Shown here: piece by piece, positions 19,576 through 30,061 of the stretch
How positions within the stretch are numbered: the stretch's first letter is position 1
Layout of the letters: every line of letters begins with the position of its first letter
Assembly: GCF_009729055.1 (NCBI RefSeq)
Contig: NZ_CP045484.1
Coordinates: 2,149,834 to 2,181,833, forward strand
From: Sulfurisphaera ohwakuensis
GTDB taxonomy: Archaea > Thermoproteota > Thermoprotei_A > Sulfolobales > Sulfolobaceae
Length of the DNA stretch: 32,000 bases
Reading direction: 5' to 3'
Translations under genes and position numbers: made by a program
The notes under the pieces: model-generated
Databases searched by the model: none
What the model saw: only the letters and a program-made list of their open reading frames with translations
Told to the model about the DNA's origin: nothing

Positions 19576-19655
19576 TACTAGCTCATAATTTAAAGTATAA
19601 TAGTCTCTCTAAGTTGTATAAGAAGAGTATATTGATCTCTAACTCTAACAGAGAA
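19576..19655 (+). repeat. 80-nt direct repeat, copy A (upstream of tRNA-Gly)
   Basis: 79 of 80 positions are identical to 20358-20437 (single G/A difference at 19622 versus 20404). The flanks on both sides are unrelated. Confidence 0.9.
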
Positions 19656-20098
19656 CAATATTGAATAATGTTATTTTACTAATGAATCAATAAAGGGCCT
19701 AAGACCTAAAGATTAGGGATGATATATAATAAATTATTATGAAATCTGATTTTTATTTAAATAAGATTATTATTATAATAATGAAGAAATTAATACAAAT
19801 AATATGCAATTTAATAAGCTACTATAATACATTGAAAGCTTTGATCGATAAGCAAATCAGGTAAATTCTGAGTAATATTGATGATGTTTATATTGATTTA
19901 CAAAGAGCATGATAACGAGATCCTGGATTTATTATTTTACATTGTAGACGATTCTCATATTAAGATTGAAATCAAATGAACACACTCTCATCCTGATTTA
20001 GCTTATACATAAAGAGAACTTATTTAAGATATTTAGGTCATTATAGACAAACATCGTTTTAGGAAAACTTTAAATTACCTCTTTTAGTATTTTATAAT

Positions 20099-20174
20099 GC
20101 GGCCGTCGTCTAGTCTGGATTAGGACGCTGGCCTTCCAAGCCAGTAATCCCGGGTTCAAATCCCGGCGGCCGCA
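20099..20174 (+). tRNA. tRNA-Gly (anticodon UCC), 76 nt, no intron, no encoded CCA
   Basis: Folded by hand. The parts are acceptor GCGGCCG/CGGCCGC, D-arm GTCT/GGAC with GG in the loop, and anticodon arm CTGGC-CTTCCAA-GCCAG. These are followed by variable loop TAATC, T-arm CCGGG-TTCAAAT-CCCGG and A73. Confidence 0.93.
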
Positions 20175-20357
20175 CTTGGTCTTATTAATTTTTAAACTAG
20201 TGAGAGCTTGTTTTTATCTTTTTAATCTTCCATTTGTAGTCAGTAGGAATAATAAAGGGAAAAGTGGAAATGTAATAATACTGCTTGCTTTCTAATTAGT
20301 TTTAAGATGATAATTATACTAGATTGGCAACTGAGTTTATGACCCATATAGAATTTG

Positions 20358-20437
20358 TACTAGCTCATAATTTAAAGTATAATAGTCTCTCTAAGTTGTA
20401 TAAAAAGAGTATATTGATCTCTAACTCTAACAGAGAA
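20358..20437 (+). repeat. 80-nt direct repeat, copy B (downstream of tRNA-Gly)
   Basis: See copy A. The two copies are in the same orientation, 782 nt apart start to start. Confidence 0.9.
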
Positions 20438-20872
20438 AAAATTTATCTAAAAAGGCTAAAAAATCGTTATTTGTCAAAATAGTTTCTGATGTTTAGCAAG
20501 AATAATATTTTCTTCTATATCAATTTAAATAATGTTTTTCCTCTTTTATAGTTATTAAAATATCTAATTTTCTTCTCAAATACTCCAATCTACGTTATTG
20601 CAAGTTAAAAATTTTTCCTCTTGTTCTTTTGTTTAACGGCCACATTCTCAATATGTAAGCTTTTTAATATATTCTTTTGATATATGAACTGTTTATATTT
20701 TCAATCATAACTTAGCGTGTGTTGTTTAAATCATTGCAGCCATTAGTTGCTTTTTAGTAAAAGTTAAGTTCCAATATTTTACCGTTTATTACATAATCTT
20801 AAACCCATAATTAGCTAAATATTCCTATAAACAAATATATAGTGTTTTATTATATTTAGATTCTGACCACCT

Positions 20873-23007
20873 TTGCTTATAATTAAGCAATATTTACCGA
20901 TACCGAAGCAAACAGATAATGAATTTTGGACTGTAGAGAGGATTGAACACATTCGTCAGTTGGCTTTAACCGGTAAGCCAAGTAAAATTTTTCCTAAATG
21001 GAGCTCTTTAAGGATTCTTGATAGAGTTCGTTTTAAAAATGAAGATGCTAGAATTAGCGAGACACCGAAAGCTAGGACTTTTACTAAATTAGCTGGTATC
21101 GAAATGTCTGCTCCCCTATATTTGGGGGATATGTCTTATGGTGCTTTAAGTGGTAATCCTAATATAATAATCGCTAGAGCTGCAGATCTAACAGGAACTT
21201 TAGCTGGTACTGGTGAGGGGGGTTTACATCCAGAAGTTGCTAAATCTAAGAGGATTTTTGTCCAATGGGCTTCAGCCCGTTTTGGTGTTGATTTTGATGT
21301 TCTAATGCATGGGGCTGGGATTGTTATCAAGATTGGACAAGGCGCTAAGCCGGGTATTGGTGGTCATTTACCCGGGAGTAAGGTTACTGAGCCTATTTCT
21401 CTTACTAGGCGAATACCAGTAGGTATTGATGCTATTTCTCCGGCTCCTCATCATGATATTTACTCTATTGAGGATTTAGGTCAGAGGATTGAGGCTTTAA
21501 AAGAAGCTACTGGTAAGCCTGTCTTTGTTAAAGTTGCTGCTACTAACTACATTCCTTATATAGTATCTGGTATTGCCAGGATGGGAGCTGATGGTGTCAT
21601 TATTGATGGTCATGGTGCTGGTACTGGTGCTACTCCTATCGTAATAAGAGATAATGTTGGTATTCCGATTGAATTAGCAGTAGCTTCAGCTGATAGGGTT
21701 TTGAGGGAACAAGGGATGAGGAATAACTTTCATATTATTGCCGCTGGTAGGGTTGCTGATGCTACTGATGCAGCTAAGTTAATTGCTTTAGGTGCGGATG
21801 TTGTTAGTGTAGGTACTGGAGCTTTGATCGCAATGGGCTGTGTTATGGTTCATAAGTGCCATATTGGTTCTTGTCCGACAGCTCTAACTAATAAGATTGA
21901 CGGTAGTAGGATGATTGACACAGATTTTGGGCTTAAAGTCTTAGTTAATTATATTCATGGCTTTTCTCTTGAGTTGGCTAATATTCTGGATAATTTAGGT
22001 CTCTCAAGCATAGATGAACTTAAGGGAAGGAGGGATCTGTTAGTAGGTAAGGGTTTATCTAGAGAGACTCTGTCAGTTTTAGGTATTGAGGGGGAAGAGG
22101 AGGAATTACCACCTAAACTTGGTGAGTTATGGTCTAGAAGGAGAAAAGTATATTTACATGAGTTAATTAATAAGGGTGACCCCGTGATTACGAGTATGGG
22201 TAGTACTGCACCACCAGATGTCGAGAAACCAGCAAGGATTGTTGATTGGTTAAGAAGTGATGGTGCTCAGGTTACTAGGCCCTCAATTGATCCCTATAGA
22301 GAGGATATTGATACGAGCTTTTACTTAGCTGGTGGTAGGATTTATCTTTCTTTACCAGTAATTTTTGATATTATTGACGCGCCAGAAGATGAAAGAAACG
22401 CTTTACAATGGGCTTCTTTAGCTTTAAGTTCTGCAGTATTTACTGATGTTACTTCAAGGTATTATGAAGATATTTCTATAAGTCATGACGGTAAAGGCGT
22501 AATTAAGTGGAGTAAAAACTATGAGGCTGGCAGTTATATCTTATTGCCAAGTAGTGAAGAGGCTGTTGAGGAAGTTGTAGAATTGAAGGGTATACCAGGT
22601 TTTATTATCGATGAGGATTTAGGAAATGAAGATCTTGAAGTTGTCATTTCAGAGATAGATACTAAGTTAAAGAGAATGGGAATAAGAAAGAAGTTTGATT
22701 TGATTGCAAAGTCCTCTAGGATAAGGGATTCTGGGGATGTTTTTAAATTAGTTGCTTTAGGTGCAGATTCCGTGATAATGTCTTACAAAGTGTTTGAGGT
22801 AGCCTTAGGAGAGGGAAGTAGGAGTGACTTAAAGAGTAAGGCATTTAATTTAATTTCTGGTTTTAAGAAAGAGATCGCTTTGTTAGCTGGTGCTGCTGGC
22901 GTTTACTCTGTTCAATCTACTTTAACCGGAAATAGAGAACTTTTAAGAGCAATTAATTTGAATTCCTACCTTTTACAAAAGCTTAGGGTTAAGGTGGCTG
23001 GTTCTCT

Positions 23008-23011
<4 letters not shown>
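20873..23011 (+). CDS. Glutamate synthase-like protein: FMN-binding (GltB domain 2 type) TIM barrel plus a C-terminal extension of about 270 aa
   Basis: FMN-domain signatures are present: [33 protein letters not shown] and [32 protein letters not shown]. The extension repeats a related motif ([17 protein letters not shown]). The start is TTG. Confidence 0.85.
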
Positions 23012-24978
<1,967 letters not shown>

Positions 24979-25029
24979 ATTCTTTTTAATTTTAGATTTT
25001 TATAATATGAAGTAGAATAGTATTATGGG

Positions 25030-25851
25030 TTGTATTTTACTCGAATTAGGGTAATAGGAGAGGGTGAAATAGCAAAGAATATTTCTTCATTATTATCCAG
25101 TTTAGGTTACGAATTATCGTCTAGTAAACCTAATTTATATATTATTGTAGGTGAAATGGAGAGAGCTTTGAAGTTTGTTAATAAAAAAGCTGGTTTAATT
25201 TTTGTATCAGAAGATGGAGAATATGTAATACCCTTGAAGAGGGAAAGCAAAGGAGTCTCTTTTGTTGCTTCTATAATATCTGATTTATTAAACGCTAATT
25301 TGATTTCAACCTCAAAGTTCTCCCAATTGGGTTTATATAGTGTTGAAGAATTTTCGTGGATTAATGCTCTTTATACTAGAAATAAAGAGGAAGTCAAGAA
25401 AGCCAATAAAAAGTTATTAGATAAGAAAAAATTGTATGTTTATTCAGACGGAGTTAGTCTAATGTTACCAGAAGGGTATATAAGGGTTCAGACTCCTTGT
25501 GAAGCTGATATAATTATAGGTGAAGGTAAATGTAATGGTGTTTTATTAAAGCCTATAAAAATGGTCGTAGGCCTATACTATATTGAAAAAATTCCCTTTG
25601 AGGTCTTATTATATTCTGTGAAACTTACTATGAAAAGCTTATATGTAAATGAAAATAGAGTTGACGTTATCTTAACTCCAGTAAACGATAGAAATGCTAA
25701 GGAACTAAGTAGATTATTAAATGCTGAACATATGGTAATCAATGCTGATACCTGTGAAGAAATGTTATATAGTTATGGTGGTAGAATTTTACTTAAAGAA
25801 GTAAATAGGGCTTATGGAGTTATATCTTGCCTAGCTGGATTATATCTATGA
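25030..25851 (+). CDS. Hypothetical protein, distant CbiG-like pattern (function uncertain)
   Basis: The segment GLIFVSEDGEYVIPLKRESKGVSFVASIISDLLNANLISTS parallels the CbiG core (VvvDe.G.fvI.LlsGH.GGAN.la..ia..l.a..viTT), but the GH-GGAN residues are not conserved. The C-terminal part has a CbiG-C-like layout. The start is TTG. Confidence 0.35.
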   Translation: MYFTRIRVIGEGEIAKNISSLLSSLGYELSSSKPNLYIIVGEMERALKFVNKKAGLIFVSEDGEYVIPLKRESKGVSFVASIISDLLNANLISTSKFSQLGLYSVEEFSWINALYTRNKEEVKKANKKLLDKKKLYVYSDGVSLMLPEGYIRVQTPCEADIIIGEGKCNGVLLKPIKMVVGLYYIEKIPFEVLLYSVKLTMKSLYVNENRVDVILTPVNDRNAKELSRLLNAEHMVINADTCEEMLYSYGGRILLKEVNRAYGVISCLAGLYL

Positions 25852-26269
25852 AAATCATAGATTACTTTTTGATAAAGATGCATATATTAGTGATAGTTCT
25901 AATATCAAGTAATAGTTTAAGGAAATTCACTTACCATAAAAAATAATAATATTGACTCATGAATTAGTAATTAGTAAATACTTTGAATTTACTCCCTTAC
26001 TTATTTCGTTTATTATAAGAAATTTTTCGATAATAAGATAATATATCTTATATAAGTTTAACGTAAAAAGACAATGATTTTCCTAAAATTATTAATAGAA
26101 GATTTGTAATTTAAAACATGATATTTTTGAAAACCATCTATTCCTAAAATTTTAAATGAAGTGCTATTAGAGGTTAACCATATTTATTTAAAAGAGTATA
26201 GATCTTTAAATTATCTAAAATAAGGAATATTAGCAAATGATTATTCAAACCAAATTATATACGACTAAT

Positions 26270-26508
26270 TTATGATATAATTTCTACATGAATGTAATCT
26301 TTTACTAACAAGAAATCCCTATCTTTGGTTATCAATTTTTCATGACATGCTTTAGCTGTTGATGCTATAATTAAGTCGAGATCAGAAATTAATTTTCCCT
26401 TATTCTTTAATTCATAATATATGTTAGCATATTCAAATGCTACATTTTCATCTAGAGGATAAATTGTATAAGCATTCTTTAGTTCTTCGAATACTTTTAA
26501 CCTTTTAT
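26270..26508 (-). pseudogene. vapC: vapC (PIN toxin) C-terminal fragment, separated from its N-terminal part by IS copy 2
   Basis: Minus-strand translation gives ...KRLKVFEELKNAYTIYPLDENVAFEYANIYYELKNKGKLISDLDLIIASTAKACHEKLITKDRDFLLVKDYIHVEIIS*. It joins in frame to 27852-27966. Confidence 0.75.
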
Positions 26509-27851
26509 AAAGTTTAGGGGTTCAAAGGGGGCGAAAAACCTCGCCTTTTAAGGCGGGGATGGATAGCCCCCTTTGTAGAAATATTTTTTAATCCACTCTC
26601 GAACATTTTATTAATGCCCAACGTAGGGTTCCGCTTTCGTGCATATGTTGACGATCAAACAATTAGGGCGTTAAAAGCCCAGTTGAGGTTAGCATGTGAG
26701 ATGTACAACACCCTACGCTGGGCAGATATCTATTTCTACCAAAGGGATGGAAAGGGTCTTACACAAACGGAGTTAAGACAGCTCGCTCTAGATCTAAGAA
26801 AGCAAGATAAGGAGTACCAACAACTCTACTCACAAGTAGTACAGCAAATTGCAGACCGTTATTACGATGCTAGGGATAGGTTCTTCAAAGGTCTAGCACA
26901 CTTTCCTAAGGAGAAGAAACCCCATAAGTACTACTCTCTTGTTTACCCACAAAGTGGATGGAAAATACTTGAGAGCAGGGAAATAAGGACTAAGAGTAGG
27001 AAGAGTAAGAAGAAGCTGGTGTTATTGAGGTTATCAAATCTCGGCGTGTTTAAGGTCATTGTTCATAGGGACTTCCCGCTTGACAAAGTAAAGAGGGTGG
27101 TAGTTAAACTAACACGTTCAGAGAGAGTATATGTCTCCTTCATAGTTGAAGGTGTTGGATTCCCTCAACTCCCAAAGACTGGTAAGGTAGTTGCAATAGA
27201 TGTTGGGATAGAGAAACTCTTAACCACGAGTGATGGATTCTATTTCCCTAACTTGAGACCTTATGAGAGGGCACTTGAGAAGATAAGGAAACTCCACAAG
27301 GTTCTCTCGAGGAAAGAGTTCTTGTCGAAAAATTGGTTTAAAGCAAAAGTGAAGTTAGCTAGGGGTTATGAACACTTGAAGAACTTGAGACAAGACCTCT
27401 ATATGAAGTTGGGTAAGTGGTTTGCACAACATTATGACGTTGTAGTAATGGAGGATATAGATGTTAAACAACTGGTGGAGGAGTCAGAAAGGAAGTTGAG
27501 GATGAGGTTGCACGATGTTGCATTCCATGAGTTGAAGAGAATACTAGAATATCAGTTGGAAAAATATGGAAAGAAACTGTTGTTAATAAATCCAGCATAT
27601 ACTTCAAAGATGTGTGCTAAATGCGGGTACGTAAAGAAAGAGTTAACTTTGACTGACCGTGTGTTCAGCTGTCCTAAGTGCGGTTGGGTTACTGATCGTG
27701 ACTATAACGCTTGCTTAAACATATTGAAGAGATCGGGGTGGGAGCCATCCTTAGTGCCTGTGGAGCTCTACCCTCTACCCGTAGCGAAAAGCTACGGGCA
27801 AGGTGGGGCTATGAAGCAGGAAGCTCCGCCCTTCAGGGCGGGGTAGCTCAC
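26509..27851 (+). mobile_element. IS200/IS605-family, TnpB-only (IS1341-like) element, copy 2 (1343 bp), apparently intact
   Basis: The left end has a nested hairpin: outer CAAAGGGGGC (26523-26532) with GCCCCCTTTG (26566-26575), inner CCTCGCC-TTTTAA-GGCGGGG (26539-26558). The right end has CCGCCC-TTCA-GGGCGG (27826-27841). It is inserted 3' of TTAT inside vapC. Confidence 0.85.
26614..27846 (+). CDS. tnpB: TnpB (OrfB) RuvC-like RNA-guided nuclease, full length (410 aa)
   Basis: It has the same motifs as copy 1 and an intact TAG stop. About 8 amino-acid differences from copy 1. Confidence 0.9.
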   Translation: MPNVGFRFRAYVDDQTIRALKAQLRLACEMYNTLRWADIYFYQRDGKGLTQTELRQLALDLRKQDKEYQQLYSQVVQQIADRYYDARDRFFKGLAHFPKEKKPHKYYSLVYPQSGWKILESREIRTKSRKSKKKLVLLRLSNLGVFKVIVHRDFPLDKVKRVVVKLTRSERVYVSFIVEGVGFPQLPKTGKVVAIDVGIEKLLTTSDGFYFPNLRPYERALEKIRKLHKVLSRKEFLSKNWFKAKVKLARGYEHLKNLRQDLYMKLGKWFAQHYDVVVMEDIDVKQLVEESERKLRMRLHDVAFHELKRILEYQLEKYGKKLLLINPAYTSKMCAKCGYVKKELTLTDRVFSCPKCGWVTDRDYNACLNILKRSGWEPSLVPVELYPLPVAKSYGQGGAMKQEAPPFRAG

Positions 27852-27873
27852 TTTTATCTAGTACCCTAATAAC
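27700..27873 (+). ncRNA. Candidate omega/right-end RNA of IS copy 2 with its guide drawn from the vapC flank; extent approximate
   Basis: Hairpins lie at 27778-27798 (8 bp, GAAAA loop) and 27822-27848 (AGCT-CCGCCC...GGGCGG-bulge-AGCT). The flank beyond 27851 (ttttatctagtaccctaata) would be the guide. Inferred by analogy only. Confidence 0.3.
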
Positions 27874-27966
27874 CTCAATTTCGGATATAATAGAAAGCGA
27901 ATCTCCTATTTGGTCTCTCTTTCCTCTCAAAATATCTATTAGAATAGAAGTATCAATTAAAGTCAA
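27852..27966 (-). pseudogene. vapC: vapC (PIN toxin) N-terminal fragment, truncated by IS copy 2
   Basis: The TTG start overlaps the vapB stop (TTGA). MTLIDTSILIDILRGKRDQIGDSLSIISEIEVIRVLDK is a typical PIN N-terminus with the first Asp and Glu. The track ORF 27775-27966 continues into the IS right end as meaningless sequence. Confidence 0.75.
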
Positions 27967-28217
27967 ACTCTGAACTCCTCATGCATCTTTCTATGGCTAT
28001 CTTCTATTTTTCTTAATTCCTCATCAGTAATTATCTCCCTTAATCTTTTGATTCCATTTATTCTTCTATTATATTCATCCACTAATAACAAAAGGAATTC
28101 ATCCCAACTTTTTTCTCCTTTTATGCTTTCTAATTTCTCTTTGACTTCTTCTGATACGGGAATAGTGGTATATCTCTTGCTCATAAGAAATATTATGTAG
28201 CTAGAATTTAAAAGCAC
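27963..28217 (-). CDS. vapB: VapB-type antitoxin (PF02697-like putative antitoxin); the likely true start is the ATG at 28184
   Basis: MSKRYTTIPVSEEVKEKLESIKGEKSWDEFLLLLVDEY matches the archaeal VapB-antitoxin pattern (tI.vseE.y..L...K...eSfsd.i..L). It has a 4-nt overlap with the vapC start. Confidence 0.7.
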   Translation of the reverse strand: MLLNSSYIIFLMSKRYTTIPVSEEVKEKLESIKGEKSWDEFLLLLVDEYNRRINGIKRLREIITDEELRKIEDSHRKMHEEFRV

Positions 28218-28695
28218 AGAGATTCAATGCTAGCGTTAGATAGAAATTTTATTACACTTTTTAGATTCTAATGGTCAAGTATTATTTAGCTCATAGGTTA
28301 AGATCTTAGAAAAGTTCTCTATATCTGATTTAGCGTTGTTCTCTATAACTTAAAAAGAGTCTGCATTAATATAAGGTATTTTATACATTACTAGCGAGCG
28401 TGGACAACATTTTCATTATCTGATATGAATTATACATAGTGTAAATTTAGTTTCAATAAATGATTAGATCTATCAACTGCTAATGGAGGATGTTACAATT
28501 TTAATCTCTACTTGAATTTTTATTGTATAACTAAAGTGTTCGAAAGAAAGAGGGATTTAAGGTAATTTTGAATAAATTACAAATGAATGAAATTATTGTC
28601 CACACTGTTACTAGTTATCGAAAATCTTAGCTAATCGATAATATTATTAATACATATATAGTAACGTTTTTTAAAACTCAATTAATTAATTCTTT

Positions 28696-29517
28696 GTGAA
28701 AATTTATAATGAAGTATTAGACGAGTATGTTGAAGTTCCTAGACCTATAAAGAAAATTGTCAGTCTAGATCCAGCTACTACTGAAACTTTATTTATGTTA
28801 GGTATAGGTGATCGGATTATTGCTACTGACGCTTTCAGTTATAGACCAGTTGAAGCTAAAAAAATACCAAAGATTGGCAGCTATACTCATGTAAACATAG
28901 AATTTTTAGAGAAAAATAAGCCTGATATAATTTTCTCTACTACTGGTGCTCAAAAGGATTTAACGAAGAAGTTAATAAACATGGGATATATAGTTTATCC
29001 TATCGGTGTTGCTACGTCTATCTCAAGGATTCTAAATAACATTATTATCATTGCCAACGTTGTAGGAAGATTAGAAGAAGGTAGAATACTTTACTCATCT
29101 TTAATTAATGCTTTATATTCCTTCCTTAGAAAAAGTGAGAAAAGGCCTAAAGTTTATTTGGAGTTTGATCTTGGTGGACCTATAACTGCAGGTTTTCCTA
29201 CCCATGTTAGTGATGCAATTTATCATGTAGGAGGAAAGAATATTTTCGATAATGTTGAAGACGCTTATTTTACTCCTTCTCCAAACGATATTATTTCACG
29301 CGAACCGGACGTAATAATTTATGAGCCTAAGCTTTACAGAGATTATGAAATTGAGAGGTTTAAAAAGAGCTTAGAGGAAAGAGGTCTTTCCGCACTTTTA
29401 AATAAGCCAATTTTAGTTACAAAAGGTGATTTTTTAGCACATCAAGGACCTAGTTTTATAACAGAGGGCGTTAAATGGTTATTTCTTTCGCTTGAACCTT
29501 TTTTTGTTAAATATTGA
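28696..29517 (+). CDS. Periplasmic-binding-protein type 2 homologue (BtuF/FhuD-like, cobalamin/iron-chelate class) without a signal peptide
   Basis: IVSLDPATTETLFMLGIGDRIIATDAFSYRPVEAKKIPKIGSY..VNIEFLEKNKPDIIFST matches the Peripla_BP_2 N-lobe pattern. The N-terminus MKIYNEVLDEYVEVPRP is hydrophilic. The start is GTG. Confidence 0.7.
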   Translation: MKIYNEVLDEYVEVPRPIKKIVSLDPATTETLFMLGIGDRIIATDAFSYRPVEAKKIPKIGSYTHVNIEFLEKNKPDIIFSTTGAQKDLTKKLINMGYIVYPIGVATSISRILNNIIIIANVVGRLEEGRILYSSLINALYSFLRKSEKRPKVYLEFDLGGPITAGFPTHVSDAIYHVGGKNIFDNVEDAYFTPSPNDIISREPDVIIYEPKLYRDYEIERFKKSLEERGLSALLNKPILVTKGDFLAHQGPSFITEGVKWLFLSLEPFFVKY

Positions 29518-30000
29518 CGATATTACACCGTAACCTAGTGCTACTATTCCTAGTACTATGAAAAACTCGCTTACTGTTGTTATTATTCCTAGGGTTGAGT
29601 ATAAACTGCTCACTTGTGTGTAAGGAAATACAGCATATCTGACTAGGACTTTCTGTGAAACATTAGTAGGATTATCTATTGTTATAAAGTATTTACCTGG
29701 GTAAACTTTTGATATAAGAACTTCTGAATTATTAGCAACTAATCCGGAAGAGTTAATTATTTGTAAATAAACAGTTGACGTATTTGATAAAAGATATATA
29801 GTATTGTTTACATTAGTAGTTGTTAGTTCTAAAATTTTTATATTTGAGTTAGGATCAACATTTGCAATTTTATAATTATTCTTGAGAGTTTGATCAACAG
29901 TTTTATAATATGGTAAATAAAGAGGTGATAAAAGATATAGGGCAAGAAATATAATAATTAATACTGTACCAACTATAATAAATAAAGAGTTTTTATTCAT
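29479..30000 (-). CDS. Small membrane protein with N- and C-terminal TM helices and an extracellular Asn/Ser/Thr-rich middle
   Basis: The N-terminal TM is LFIIVGTVLIIIFLALYLL and the C-terminal TM is FFIVLGIVALGYGVISSIF, followed by KKRFKRKK. Its 3' end overlaps the convergent gene by 39 nt. Confidence 0.5.
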   Translation of the reverse strand: MNKNSLFIIVGTVLIIIFLALYLLSPLYLPYYKTVDQTLKNNYKIANVDPNSNIKILELTTTNVNNTIYLLSNTSTVYLQIINSSGLVANNSEVLISKVYPGKYFITIDNPTNVSQKVLVRYAVFPYTQVSSLYSTLGIITTVSEFFIVLGIVALGYGVISSIFNKKRFKRKK

Positions 30001-30061
30001 TTCAATTTAACTGTTAACTAAAAGCTTTTAAGTTTGTTCAAATACACTCTACCTATGTCCG

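Noticed and set aside
19867-19930. C/D-box sRNA near TGATGA at 19879
   Set aside because: The CTGA precedes rather than follows the C-box-like TGATGA. There is no proper D box or terminal stem.
11094-21330. Short antisense ORFs inside the GT2 gene, slaA, slaB and gltB (11094-11312, 14578-14793, 16567-16821, 17113-17337, 19049-19243, 21136-21330; likewise 23044-23232, 30700-30888 and 31778-31984 elsewhere)
   Set aside because: All are embedded in long, well-supported genes on the other strand or in another frame. There is no independent support for any of them.
25848-25946. 32-codon hydrophobic mini-ORF (MKIIDYFLIKMHILVIVLISS...) overlapping the stop of the CbiG-like gene via ATGA
   Set aside because: It is plausible as a small membrane peptide, but an open frame of this length is not statistically unusual and nothing else supports it.
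26503-27857. TTTTAT on both sides of IS copy 2 as a 6-bp target-site duplication
   Set aside because: Copy 1 has no such duplication, and IS200/IS605 elements do not make target duplications. It is more likely that the target already contained TTTTATTTTTAT. vapC stays in frame either way, so this is not decisive.
28287-28360. Possible third, diverged copy of the 80-nt repeat
   Set aside because: Only two short shared words are present (TAGCTCATA and TAAAAAGAGT), and their spacing differs. This is not distinguishable from chance in AT-rich DNA.
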